NCBI GenBank assembly: GCA_002787155.1
Contig: PCVY01000065.1
Location: 65,286-129,285 of the forward strand
From: Candidatus Abzuiibacterium crystallinum
GTDB taxonomy: Bacteria; Omnitrophota; Omnitrophia; Omnitrophales; Abzuiibacteriaceae
Direction of reading: 5' to 3'
DNA length: 64,000 nucleotides
The notes beneath the pieces are model-generated. The model was not told the DNA's origin. It did not search any database and saw only the letters and a program-made list of their open reading frames with translations. A program made the position numbers and the translations under genes. Positions 10,634 to 19,529 of the stretch are shown piece after piece. Position 1 is the stretch's first letter. Every line of letters starts with the position of its first letter.

Positions 10634-10940
10634 GATTCCCTCCCTTGTTTTGTTATCTAGTTGACTTTGAATCAATAAACCAAGCCTTTTCTCTCAAGAA
10701 TGTTATTTAATATGCAAAATAAAGCCTGATAGCTGCTTCGTTATTAAATAACTTGCTCTGCATTAGAAAAAGCTTTTTGTGGTGCTCCCAGGTTCCCGAT
10801 TCCTGAGAACAACACTATTGTATTTAAAACTTGATTCTTGTACAGCTTTTTTTAAGGGGAGCTCCGCCCTTGTGTCGGCACAGATAGAGCGCACCTTGAA
10901 CTAAAGAACGGCACCTTTTGGCAAACCTTAAGAAAAAAAT

Positions 10941-11309
10941 TCAACTTTTTTCAAAAGCCCCTTGAAATAAGGAAAAATGGGGTTTTCCGCCGCCGTCTAA
11001 AATGATAGAAAGGACGTCAAACCGGGCCGGAGCGTCCAAAAGACGCCTCTCTTTCATGTAATATTCGGCCAATTGGGTCAGTTTTCTTTGTTTGACACGC
11101 CCAACCGCTTCCTCCGGCCTGCCAAAAATGAGGGAACGGCGGGTTTTCACCTCTATAAAGCAAATGATGCCCTTTTGGACAGCAACGACGTCAATCTCAC
11201 CTAAGGGTGTGCGGTAGTTAACTTCTTTTATGCGGTACCCTTGTTTTTTGAGGAATAAAACGGCAAGCGCTTCACCTTTCCTGCCTGTTTCTAAATGTTT
11301 GGCTTTCAT
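10941..11309 (-). CDS. yraN: YraN family (UPF0102) endonuclease-fold protein
   Basis: GEIDVV, FIEVKTR, RFDV; follows rnhB as usual. Confidence 0.93.
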   Translation of the reverse strand: MKAKHLETGRKGEALAVLFLKKQGYRIKEVNYRTPLGEIDVVAVQKGIICFIEVKTRRSLIFGRPEEAVGRVKQRKLTQLAEYYMKERRLLDAPARFDVLSIILDGGGKPHFSLFQGAFEKS

Positions 11310-11351
11310 ATAGATGTAACAACAAAAAAGTTTTAGAATCCGTGTTTTCTC

Positions 11352-11972
11352 TTACGGAACGGTGTGACACCTGGCCACAGGCTCAAAACTGAACCGGTGA
11401 ATGGGGGAAGGGCCGTAAGCTGCCAATGCAGCTCGATGTAAGGCGGTCGCATAACCTTTGTGCTGAGAAAACCCATATTGAGGGTATAGTTTGTCATAAT
11501 CTTCCATCATTTTATCTCGCGTGACCTTTGCCACAATGGACGCTGCGGCAATGGAAATGCTTTTGCGGTCACCGTCTATAATCGGAACTTGCTCAATCTG
11601 TTTCGGCAAATCGTGAACACCATGAATCCCATCAATCAAAACCGCTTCGGGGGTCACGCTTAGTGTCAGAATGGCGTGGCGCATGGCTAAAAGAGAGGCT
11701 TGAAGAATATTGAGTTCGTCAATCAGCTTGCCGCTGATGACACCAACCCCGACACGGCCATGGGCCAATATTTCCCAATACTTCTCTTGACGTTTTTTGG
11801 GGGTCAGGGACTTTGAATCCCGGATCTTCTCTTCTTGAAAAAAGGGGGAATCGTGGGGAAAAACAACAGCGGCAGCGACAACCGGGCCTGCTAACGGCCC
11901 TCGTCCGGCTTCATCGACACCGGCAATGCGCCTTAGACCATTTTGAACAAACAGCGCTTCAAATGAATGCAT
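11352..11972 (-). CDS. rnhB: Ribonuclease HII
   Basis: GVDEAGRGPLAGPVV, DSK, IAAASIVAKVTRD, HKGY. Confidence 0.97.
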   Translation of the reverse strand: MHSFEALFVQNGLRRIAGVDEAGRGPLAGPVVAAAVVFPHDSPFFQEEKIRDSKSLTPKKRQEKYWEILAHGRVGVGVISGKLIDELNILQASLLAMRHAILTLSVTPEAVLIDGIHGVHDLPKQIEQVPIIDGDRKSISIAAASIVAKVTRDKMMEDYDKLYPQYGFSQHKGYATALHRAALAAYGPSPIHRFSFEPVARCHTVP

Positions 11973-12082
11973 TCACGTCCGCTTTCGTCCTTTATCGCGA
12001 CCAACGATATGTTAGGAGAAAGCCCGGCGTGAGTCAACCAAATAACCGATTAAGCATCTGGACATTCAGTCCCGTATGCTCA

Positions 12083-12114
12083 TCCGCCAGAGGACGGATT
12101 CGTCCTCTGGCGGA
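12083..12114. repeat. Palindrome TCCGCCAGAGGACG-GATT-CGTCCTCTGGCGGA
   Basis: Perfect 14-bp stem; near-identical copy at 62805-62839. Confidence 0.85.
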
Positions 12115-12137
12115 GAGAGTTTTACTTCATACACCTG

Positions 12138-12165
12138 GGAGTCAGACCCTCCTGGGTCTGACTCC
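12138..12165. repeat. REP-like palindrome (GGAGTCAGACCC variant)
   Basis: Perfect 12-bp stem with a compensatory G-C to A-T change relative to the 9107 copy. Confidence 0.85.
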
Positions 12166-12176
12166 ACGTCCGTTAA

Positions 12177-12500
12177 TTAAGCAGTTCCTGCTTTTTTCTG
12201 ACGAAGATAATACAAACGTGAGCGCCGCACATTGCCTTTTTTAATAACTTTGATTTTCTCAATGCTGGGTGAATGCAGCGGAAAAATCTTTTCCACAATG
12301 TCACCGCGCGCATCACGCAGGACAGTAAAAGAAGCGCCCATGCCTTGTCCGCGGCGCCGAATGACGATGCCTTCGAATGACTGAAGGCGGGTTTTGTCGC
12401 CTTCTTTCACGCGAATAGATACTTGGACGGTATCTCCCGTTTTAAAATTAGGCAGATCTTTCTTTAAGTATGTTTTTTCAATCAGTTCTATTTTACTCAT
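12177..12500 (-). CDS. rplS: 50S ribosomal protein L19
   Basis: GDTV...EGDKTRLQSFEGIVI, VRRSRLYYLR; start after GGAGG. Confidence 0.97.
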   Translation of the reverse strand: MSKIELIEKTYLKKDLPNFKTGDTVQVSIRVKEGDKTRLQSFEGIVIRRRGQGMGASFTVLRDARGDIVEKIFPLHSPSIEKIKVIKKGNVRRSRLYYLRQKKAGTA

Positions 12501-13198
12501 GGTTTTTCCTCCCGACATCGGTCTCGTGATAATTTTAATAAATCTCGGCGGTATTTCTTAGTTAATCGCCATGCTTCCTTTGCCCGCCATGCTGCAATGG
12601 TTTCATGAACACCCGAACGCAACACCTCGGGCACCTTCCAGCCTTGATAGTCATGCGGCCGCGTATATTGCGGGTACTCCAAATGACCTTTATAAAAAGA
12701 CTCTGATTCTAGCGACTCATGATTACCTAAAACACCGGGCAACAACCGAACGGTTGCATCAATCACGCACATGACCGGCAACTCACCGCCGGTTAAAATG
12801 AAATCTCCGATCGAGATCTCTTCGTCTACCAAATGCTGATGAACTCTCTCATCAACCCCTTCATAATGGCCGCAAATAAAAACCAAATGTTTCTTGCGCG
12901 ATAATTTAACGGCTGTTTGGTGATTAAACTGCTTTCCTCTCGGTGAAAGCATCACCACATGGCGTCCCTTCTTCACAGCTTGAAGCGCTTGATGAATGGG
13001 TTCTATTTTCATCACCATGCCCGGCCCGCCGCCGAAAGGTTTGTCGTCGCAAGTCCGGTGTTTGTCATGTGTCCACCGTCTTAAATCATGAACTTTGATT
13101 TTGACCCGTTTTTTTTTCTGGGCCAAACGGATCATGGACTCACTCAGCGGACCATCAAACATTTTGGGAAAGAGCGTTAAGATATCTATTTTAAGCAT
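12497..13198 (-). CDS. trmD: tRNA (guanine37-N1)-methyltransferase
   Basis: DDKPFGGGPGMVM, CGHYEGVDER, SIGDFILTGGE. Confidence 0.98.
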   Translation of the reverse strand: MLKIDILTLFPKMFDGPLSESMIRLAQKKKRVKIKVHDLRRWTHDKHRTCDDKPFGGGPGMVMKIEPIHQALQAVKKGRHVVMLSPRGKQFNHQTAVKLSRKKHLVFICGHYEGVDERVHQHLVDEEISIGDFILTGGELPVMCVIDATVRLLPGVLGNHESLESESFYKGHLEYPQYTRPHDYQGWKVPEVLRSGVHETIAAWRAKEAWRLTKKYRRDLLKLSRDRCREEKP

Positions 13199-13244
13199 TA
13201 ACCAAACCTCTGGGTACCAAAAAGAAGACTGCCTGTCGTTCTCC

Positions 13245-13459
13245 TGTCATTGCGAACTCCACGAAGTGGAGCGCGGCAATCTTAGATCTTGAGTTTGCAC
13301 GCGCGCTTTTTGCAGGCGCCGATGCGCCAGCACTAATCGTGGGCAACTTGACGTTGCCCTACGATTATGTGCGCGAGTACTTTTCGGGATGAGCTTGTTG
13401 CTCATCTCCGAAAGTGCCACGTCCCCGCCAAGAATCGTGGCGGACTCCCCGCAATGACG
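13245..13459. repeat. Composite palindromic element bounded by GTCATTGCG...CGCAATGAC
   Basis: 9-bp terminal inverted repeat enclosing hairpins at 13334-13367 and 13379-13415. Confidence 0.7.
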
Positions 13460-13473
13460 AATAAAAACTTTCT

Positions 13474-13725
13474 TTACTTAGCGACTTCGGCAATGCCTTG
13501 TTTTTTAAACAACTGTTTCACAACCGTTGTGGGCTGTGCCCCGACATTGATCCAATACTGAATCCGTTCGGCATTAAACTTAACGGTCGCCGGATTGGTT
13601 TTCGGGTCGTAGTAACCTACTTCCTCGATAAACCGTCCGTCTCTCGGCATTTTGCTGTCTGTTACAACAATCCGCCAAAAAGGACTGTTCTTGCTGCCCA
13701 ATCGTTTTAATCGAATTCTAACCAC
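13474..13725 (-). CDS. rpsP: 30S ribosomal protein S16
   Basis: [28 protein letters not shown]. Confidence 0.98.
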   Translation of the reverse strand: MVRIRLKRLGSKNSPFWRIVVTDSKMPRDGRFIEEVGYYDPKTNPATVKFNAERIQYWINVGAQPTTVVKQLFKKQGIAEVAK

Positions 13726-13747
13726 GTTTACCTCCTCTTCTTCAAAT

Positions 13748-15013
13748 TTACTCTTTGGCGCGGCGAATATCGGCGCCTAAAGATGATAATTTTTCTTCAA
13801 TTCTTTCATAACCGCGGTCAAGGTGATAAATTCTCGAAACATGTGTTTCGCCTTCACCCGCCAAGCCGGCTAAGACCAAAGCCGCGCTGGCTCTTAAATC
13901 GGAAGCCATGACCGGCGCTCCGCTAATTTTCTGAACGCCGTTTACAATCGCGCTCGATCCTTCCAAAAAAATACGACAACCCATTCGGTTGAGTTCGCTG
14001 ACATGCATAAAGCGGTCCGGATAAATCTTTTCGGTAATGACCGATATGCCTGGCGTCACTGCCATGAGTGCCATGATTTGTGCCTGTAAATCCGTTGGAA
14101 AACCCGGGTACGGCAACGCCGTCACATCAATGGGTTTCAAGCGTCCCTTACGGCTGACGCGCACCGAACCTTTGGAGCGCTTTACGCTCACACCGGCTTG
14201 CTGCAATTTATCAATCAGCGCGTTCAGGTGCTCGGGCTCACAATTCTGAACCGTCACATCGCCTTTTGTGATGGCGGCAGCCACCATAAATGTGCCCGCC
14301 TCGATTCGATCGGGGATAATGGTATGATTCGCACCGTGCAACTTACGCACCCCTTGAATTTTAATTAAGTGTGAACCATGCCCTTCAATTTTAGCGCCCA
14401 TTTTGTTGAGGAAGTCCGCTAAATCAACTACCTCCGGTTCGCTGGCTGCATTTTCAATCAAAGTAACACCGTGCGCCAAAGTAGCCGCCATCATCACATT
14501 CGCCGTCGCTAAGACAGACGACCCAAACGCCCCGCCCAAGTAAATTTCCTTGCCTTGCAACTTACCTTTTGTGCCGGCATACACATCGCCGTGTGAAATT
14601 TGAATTTGTGCACCTAATGCTTGAAGGCCTTTTAAATGCAAATCAATCGGCCGTGCGCCGATGACGCATCCGCCCGGCAAAGACACTTGCGCACTGCCTA
14701 AGCGGGCCAAAAGCGGACCTAACACACAAACGGAAGCACGCATGGTGCTGACCAAATGATACGGCGCTACCGGTTTCATTTTAGAAAACGGTGTAATTTC
14801 CAATCGATCATTTTCAAAGATCACACGCGCGCCGATCACGCGCAACAAACGGCACATCGTCTGGACGTCCCTTAAATTCGGCACGCCTTCCAAAACTGAC
14901 TTTTCGCTGCCTAACAAGCAAGCGGCCATAATAGGAAGCGCCGAATTTTTAGCACCTGAAACCCGAACAGTCCCGCTTAATTTTTTGCCGCCCTTAACAA
15001 CAATCTTATCCAT
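13748..15013 (-). CDS. murA: UDP-N-acetylglucosamine 1-carboxyvinyltransferase
   Basis: [36 protein letters not shown]. Confidence 0.98.
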   Translation of the reverse strand: MDKIVVKGGKKLSGTVRVSGAKNSALPIMAACLLGSEKSVLEGVPNLRDVQTMCRLLRVIGARVIFENDRLEITPFSKMKPVAPYHLVSTMRASVCVLGPLLARLGSAQVSLPGGCVIGARPIDLHLKGLQALGAQIQISHGDVYAGTKGKLQGKEIYLGGAFGSSVLATANVMMAATLAHGVTLIENAASEPEVVDLADFLNKMGAKIEGHGSHLIKIQGVRKLHGANHTIIPDRIEAGTFMVAAAITKGDVTVQNCEPEHLNALIDKLQQAGVSVKRSKGSVRVSRKGRLKPIDVTALPYPGFPTDLQAQIMALMAVTPGISVITEKIYPDRFMHVSELNRMGCRIFLEGSSAIVNGVQKISGAPVMASDLRASAALVLAGLAGEGETHVSRIYHLDRGYERIEEKLSSLGADIRRAKE

Positions 15014-15017
15014 CTGC

Positions 15018-15869
15018 TCAGGACCGAATGGCTGTCACCACTCGGTCAATTCCCGCTAAATCTTTTGTGATATGAATGTGGGAAAAATAATTTTCCGTTA
15101 ACCATGTGTTGACCGCAGGCGCCTGCCCGATGCCTAATTCAAAAGCAATCAAACCGCCGGGATGCAGGACTTCTTTTGCCTGTTTGATCATAGAACGATA
15201 AGCATCCAAGCCGTCTTGGCCGCCATCCAAGGCTTCGCGCGGCTCATAAGTAATTTCCGGCTGCAATGCTTTTAAATCCTCTGCCGACAAATAAGGCGGA
15301 TTAGATACCAAACAATCGAAAGAACCGCTGATGCCGTTCCAATACCCCGTTCGAATAAATTGAATTTGCGATGCAACTCGATTGATGCGTGCGTTCTTCA
15401 TCGCTACTTGAACAGCTTTTTCGGAAATATCGGTTGCAACCAAGGACGCGTTTGGCAAGCGCCGCGCTAAACTCACGGCCACACAGCCGCTGCCTGTTCC
15501 GACTTCCAAAATTTGAAGGGACGGGACTTTTTTACCGGCCAGTTCCGTTAAAATGCTTTCTACCAAATGCTCGGTTTCAGGCCGCGGGATAAAGACGCCC
15601 TGTTCAACCTCAAAATAGAGGTCATCGAAGGGCACGCGCCCGGTCAGGTACTGAACCGGATAATGCGTACTTCTTTTTTGCAATAAATCAAAGAACAACG
15701 CTTCTGCTTTTTGAGAAACAGTAGACCCAAAGTCAGCTAATAAAGCAGACCTTGGCTTTTGAAGCGAGAAAGACAAAAGCAGTTCGGATGATTGCGCAGC
15801 ATCTTCAATGGCGCGTGTTTTAAGGAATTCAGTCCCTTTTTTAAGGAGATCTGCGACCTGCGCACTCAT
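15018..15869 (-). CDS. prmC: Release factor glutamine methyltransferase
   Basis: IPRPETE, GTGSGC, SNPPY; adjacent to prfA. Confidence 0.96.
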   Translation of the reverse strand: MSAQVADLLKKGTEFLKTRAIEDAAQSSELLLSFSLQKPRSALLADFGSTVSQKAEALFFDLLQKRSTHYPVQYLTGRVPFDDLYFEVEQGVFIPRPETEHLVESILTELAGKKVPSLQILEVGTGSGCVAVSLARRLPNASLVATDISEKAVQVAMKNARINRVASQIQFIRTGYWNGISGSFDCLVSNPPYLSAEDLKALQPEITYEPREALDGGQDGLDAYRSMIKQAKEVLHPGGLIAFELGIGQAPAVNTWLTENYFSHIHITKDLAGIDRVVTAIRS

Positions 15870-16951
15870 TTCGCCTCCGCCTGCTCCTGAAGCTTTCTGG
15901 TACGCTCATCCTTCCTTAAAACATCGATTAAATCATCTAAATGGCCGTTCAAAATATCATCCAATGCATGCAAAGTCAAACCAATTCGATGGTCAGTTAC
16001 CCGGTTATCCGGGAAGTTATAAGTCCTAATTTTACCTGATCTGTCACCGCTGCCTACTTGGCTTTTCCGAGCCTCTGAGATCTTCTTCTCCTGCTCTTCC
16101 TGCTTCATTTTAAGGAGGCGCGCCCTTAAAATACGCATTCCTTTTGCCTTATTTTTAAGCTGGGAACGCTCATCCTGACACCTGACGGTAAGACCCGTCG
16201 GTAAATGGACAATCTGCACGGCTGAATCGGTTGTATTGACACCTTGTCCGCCCGGCCCGCTTGCCCGGCAAACCTCGATCCTGAGCTCCTCAGGCTTAAT
16301 GTTTACTTCAACCTCATCCGGCTCCTGCATAATAGCGACAGTGGCAGCTGAGGTATGAATCCGCCCGGAAGCTTCCGTCTCGGGTACCCGCTGAACGCGG
16401 TGAATACCGCTCTCGTACTTGAAAGCAGAATAAACCTTCTCCCCGCTTATCCCAAACACGATTTCTTTAAAACCGCCTTTGCCCGCTGTGCTCGTACTCA
16501 TGACATCGACGTTAAATTTATGATTAGCGGCAAACCGCGTGTACATCCGAAAAAGATCTCTCGAAAAAAGAGAGGCTTCTTCTCCGCCCGTCCCGGCCCT
16601 GATTTCAATGATCACATTACGGATATCATCATCACCGTCATCACCAAGCAACATTTCTTCGATTTCTGTTTCAAGCGACTTAAGCTTTGCGCTGAGATCA
16701 GCCTTTTCATCCTCATACAACTTTCGCATATCATGATCATTGGTGCCGGCAGCCAGCAAATGTTCCGTTTCTTTCAGATGCTTTTCAGCGGACTGATAAG
16801 CTTGATAACGGCCGAGAACCGGTTCGATTCTGGATAATTCGCGCCCTAACTTTTGCATTTGCTCGGGATTTTGAGAGACCTCGGGCTTTGCCATTTCGGC
16901 ATGTATCTCTTCTACGCGTTTTTTAATTGCTTCAAGCCGTTCTACCAGCAT
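15866..16951 (-). CDS. prfA: Peptide chain release factor 1
   Basis: VQRVPETE (PxT motif), GGQ, IRTYNF. Confidence 0.98.
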   Translation of the reverse strand: MLVERLEAIKKRVEEIHAEMAKPEVSQNPEQMQKLGRELSRIEPVLGRYQAYQSAEKHLKETEHLLAAGTNDHDMRKLYEDEKADLSAKLKSLETEIEEMLLGDDGDDDIRNVIIEIRAGTGGEEASLFSRDLFRMYTRFAANHKFNVDVMSTSTAGKGGFKEIVFGISGEKVYSAFKYESGIHRVQRVPETEASGRIHTSAATVAIMQEPDEVEVNIKPEELRIEVCRASGPGGQGVNTTDSAVQIVHLPTGLTVRCQDERSQLKNKAKGMRILRARLLKMKQEEQEKKISEARKSQVGSGDRSGKIRTYNFPDNRVTDHRIGLTLHALDDILNGHLDDLIDVLRKDERTRKLQEQAEAK

Positions 16952-16972
16952 AGGATGCGAGCTTTAAATTAT

Positions 16973-17052
16973 TGAGGGGTCGTGGAGTTTTTCCCCAACC
17001 CCTCACCCTATACCAGTCTTGATCAAACGAGGCTGGTATAGCGTTTCATTGG
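16973..17052. repeat. ~80-bp two-hairpin dispersed element, copy 2
   Basis: Homologous to 3338-3415; fills most of the rpmE-prfA spacer. Confidence 0.85.
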
Positions 17053-17373
17053 TTATTTTTTAATGACCTTCGCTTTTTCTTCTTTTTTAGCGCGCACTTT
17101 GACGGGCTTTTTCTTACCCTTCGATACCACATTGTCTTTGTACTTCTTCTTGAACTTTTCAATGCGGCCTGCGGTATCAATGAGTTTTTGCTGTCCCGTG
17201 AAAAATGGGTGTGATGCCGACGAAATCTCGAGCCGGATCAACGGATAAACTTGGCCGTCTTCCCATTTAATGGTTTCGTTCGATTTGGCCGTCGAGCGTG
17301 TCAGAATGGCAAAATCAGCGCCGGTGTCTTTAAACACGACAAATCGATAATCGGGATGAATGTCTTTTTTCAT
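17053..17373 (-). CDS. rpmE: 50S ribosomal protein L31 type B with Lys-rich tail
   Basis: [26 protein letters not shown]; no Zn-binding cysteines. Confidence 0.96.
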   Translation of the reverse strand: MKKDIHPDYRFVVFKDTGADFAILTRSTAKSNETIKWEDGQVYPLIRLEISSASHPFFTGQQKLIDTAGRIEKFKKKYKDNVVSKGKKKPVKVRAKKEEKAKVIKK

Positions 17374-17393
17374 ATGTTTTTCCTTTCTTTTCG

Positions 17394-17447
17394 GGGACGG
17401 TTCCTATCTAACTTCTTATCAACAAATAGGTTATAAGGAACCGTCCC
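17394..17447. repeat. Inverted repeat GGGACGGTTCCT-N30-AGGAACCGTCCC
   Basis: Perfect 12-bp IR; same family at 40974-41002. Confidence 0.75.
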
Positions 17448-17463
17448 TAAGCATTTAAATTAC

Positions 17464-17496
17464 TTGAGCCATCGGGGAGTTTCCCCGACCTCTCAA
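17464..17496. repeat. Partial copy (hairpin 1) of the two-hairpin element
   Basis: TCGGGGAGTTTCCCCGA matches TCGGGGAGTTTCACCGA of copy 1; abuts the rho stop. Confidence 0.6.
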
Positions 17497-18885
17497 TTAC
17501 TTATCGTTTTTATTGAGCGACATCAAGAACTCTGCGTTCGATTTTGTCTTGGACAAACGTTCGAGCAAAAGTTCCATCGCTTCGGTCGGATTGAGTTCGT
17601 TCAACACGCGTCTTAGCATCCACACCCGGTTGAGTTCATCCGGATGAAGCAGTAGATCCTCTTTCCGCGTATTGGATTTCTTCACATCAATCGCCGGATA
17701 AATGCGTTTTTGGAAGAGATTGCGGTCCAAAGACAATTCCATGTTGCCCGTTCCTTTAAACTCTTCAAAAATGACTTCGTCCATGCGTGAACCGGTATCA
17801 ACGAGAGCAGTCGCCACAATGGTTAAACTGCCGCCTTCGTCAATGTTACGGGCTGCGCCAAAAAAGCGTTTCGGTTTATGCAGCGCGCTTGAATCTACGC
17901 CGCCCGTTAAGATTTTGCCTGAATGCGGGGCTACCGTGTTATACGCACGCGCCAGACGTGTAATGCTGTCCAGCAGAATGACGACATCGCGGCGATGTTC
18001 CACCAGTCGTTTCGCTTTCTCAAGCACCATTTCGGCCACTTGCACATGCCGTTCGGCCGGTTCGTCAAAAGTAGAAGCGATAACTTCACCTTTGACGGAA
18101 CGCGACATATCCGTCACTTCTTCCGGACGCTCATCGATCAAAAGAATGATCATATAAACTTCCGGATTGTTTTTGGTGATGCTGTTGGCAATCTTTTGAA
18201 GCAAGATCGTTTTACCGCTGTAAGGCGGTGCAACCACCAAGCCGCGCTGGCCTTTACCGACTGGTGATAAAAGATCCATGACACGCATGGAAAGTTCTGT
18301 CGGTTCTGTTTCCAGAATAATCCGCTCCTGCGGATAAAGCGGCGTTAAATTATCGAAAGGAATCTTGTCACGAACCGCCTCTGGTGATTCGTAATTGACC
18401 GCTTCCACTTTGAGCAGGGCAAAATACCGCTCGCCTTCTTTCGGCGGGCGAATTTGGCCGCTCACGGTGTCTCCTGTTCTCAAATTGAATTTACGAATTT
18501 GAGACGGCGACACATAAATATCATCCGGTGAGGGTAAATAATTGTAATTGGGTGAGCGGAGGAACCCAAATCCATCCTGTAAAATTTCAAGCACCCCTTC
18601 CCCAAACATCAAACCTGATTGTTCGGCTTGGGCTTGAAGGATCTTAAAAATGAGATCCTGTTTTTTAACACCAATCACTTGCTCAATTTTGAATTTATGA
18701 GCCAGTTCGTGGAGCTCCGCTACCTTCATCTTGCGGAGACCGGCCACATTGAGCAGACCTTCTCTGTTTTTGAGCTGATCCGCTTCCGGCTGAACCGGGG
18801 CAGGCTTAAACGGCCTGTTGTTGTTTTGATCACGGTCCTTGCGGTGATTGATTCTAGGTTGACTTTCTTTTGTTTCTTTTGGCAT
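17497..18885 (-). CDS. rho: Transcription termination factor Rho
   Basis: [44 protein letters not shown]. Confidence 0.99.
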   Translation of the reverse strand: MPKETKESQPRINHRKDRDQNNNRPFKPAPVQPEADQLKNREGLLNVAGLRKMKVAELHELAHKFKIEQVIGVKKQDLIFKILQAQAEQSGLMFGEGVLEILQDGFGFLRSPNYNYLPSPDDIYVSPSQIRKFNLRTGDTVSGQIRPPKEGERYFALLKVEAVNYESPEAVRDKIPFDNLTPLYPQERIILETEPTELSMRVMDLLSPVGKGQRGLVVAPPYSGKTILLQKIANSITKNNPEVYMIILLIDERPEEVTDMSRSVKGEVIASTFDEPAERHVQVAEMVLEKAKRLVEHRRDVVILLDSITRLARAYNTVAPHSGKILTGGVDSSALHKPKRFFGAARNIDEGGSLTIVATALVDTGSRMDEVIFEEFKGTGNMELSLDRNLFQKRIYPAIDVKKSNTRKEDLLLHPDELNRVWMLRRVLNELNPTEAMELLLERLSKTKSNAEFLMSLNKNDK

Positions 18886-18940
18886 TGTTAACTCTCCTTT
18901 TAATTAATTTCTTTAAACTGTTAAATCACTACTTTTTTAA

Positions 18941-19528
18941 TTAAGATTGATCGATAAAGTCCCTCCACCATTTTGTCACTTGCTGCCGAAGCGCCTGTGA
19001 GTTACCGGCATTATGAATGATAAAGTCGGCATGTTTCATTTTGCGTCTGACAGGCCACTGGGCACGCCACCGAGCGGTCATTGTTTGAGCCGTCAAGCCT
19101 TTGCGTTTGAGTCTTTGCCGGATCAGGCGTTTTGGCGCTGTCACCACCATCACATGATCCACTTTTTTCTCATAACCTGTTTCAAGTAAAAGCGGCATCT
19201 CAATGACGATGACATTGGCGTGGGAACGTTTTAAAATGCGCTGAATCCGTTTAAAAACGTAAGGATGAACCAAACGCTCCAGCTGTCGGCGCTTTTTTCT
19301 ATTTTGAAATACCACCGCTGCAATGTCTGCCGGTTTTGCTTTTTTTAATTTTAAAGAGCGCGCGATTTTCTTCTGAAGCGGGTGGTACTTTTTATAAATT
19401 TCTCTTACCAAGGCATCACAATCGATGACCAGAGCGCCCCGCTCTTTTAATATGGCGGCAACCGAACTCTTACCGCTTCCAAAAATACCTGTTAAACCAA
19501 TGATAGAACGTTTTTGTTTGGATGCCAT
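18941..19528 (-). CDS. coaE: Dephospho-CoA kinase
   Basis: IGLTGIFGSGKS, LERLVHP, EMPLLLE; follows polA. Confidence 0.93.
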   Translation of the reverse strand: MASKQKRSIIGLTGIFGSGKSSVAAILKERGALVIDCDALVREIYKKYHPLQKKIARSLKLKKAKPADIAAVVFQNRKKRRQLERLVHPYVFKRIQRILKRSHANVIVIEMPLLLETGYEKKVDHVMVVTAPKRLIRQRLKRKGLTAQTMTARWRAQWPVRRKMKHADFIIHNAGNSQALRQQVTKWWRDFIDQS

Positions 19529-19529
19529 G

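Noticed and set aside
10779-10815. Hairpin in the porin leader as a riboswitch
   Set aside because: Single imperfect stem just after a TACAAT-like -10; no family signature.
13095-13561. ORFs containing CHCELHEVERGNL and GGLPAMT
   Set aside because: Translations of the palindromic element, overlapping trmD and rpsP antisense.
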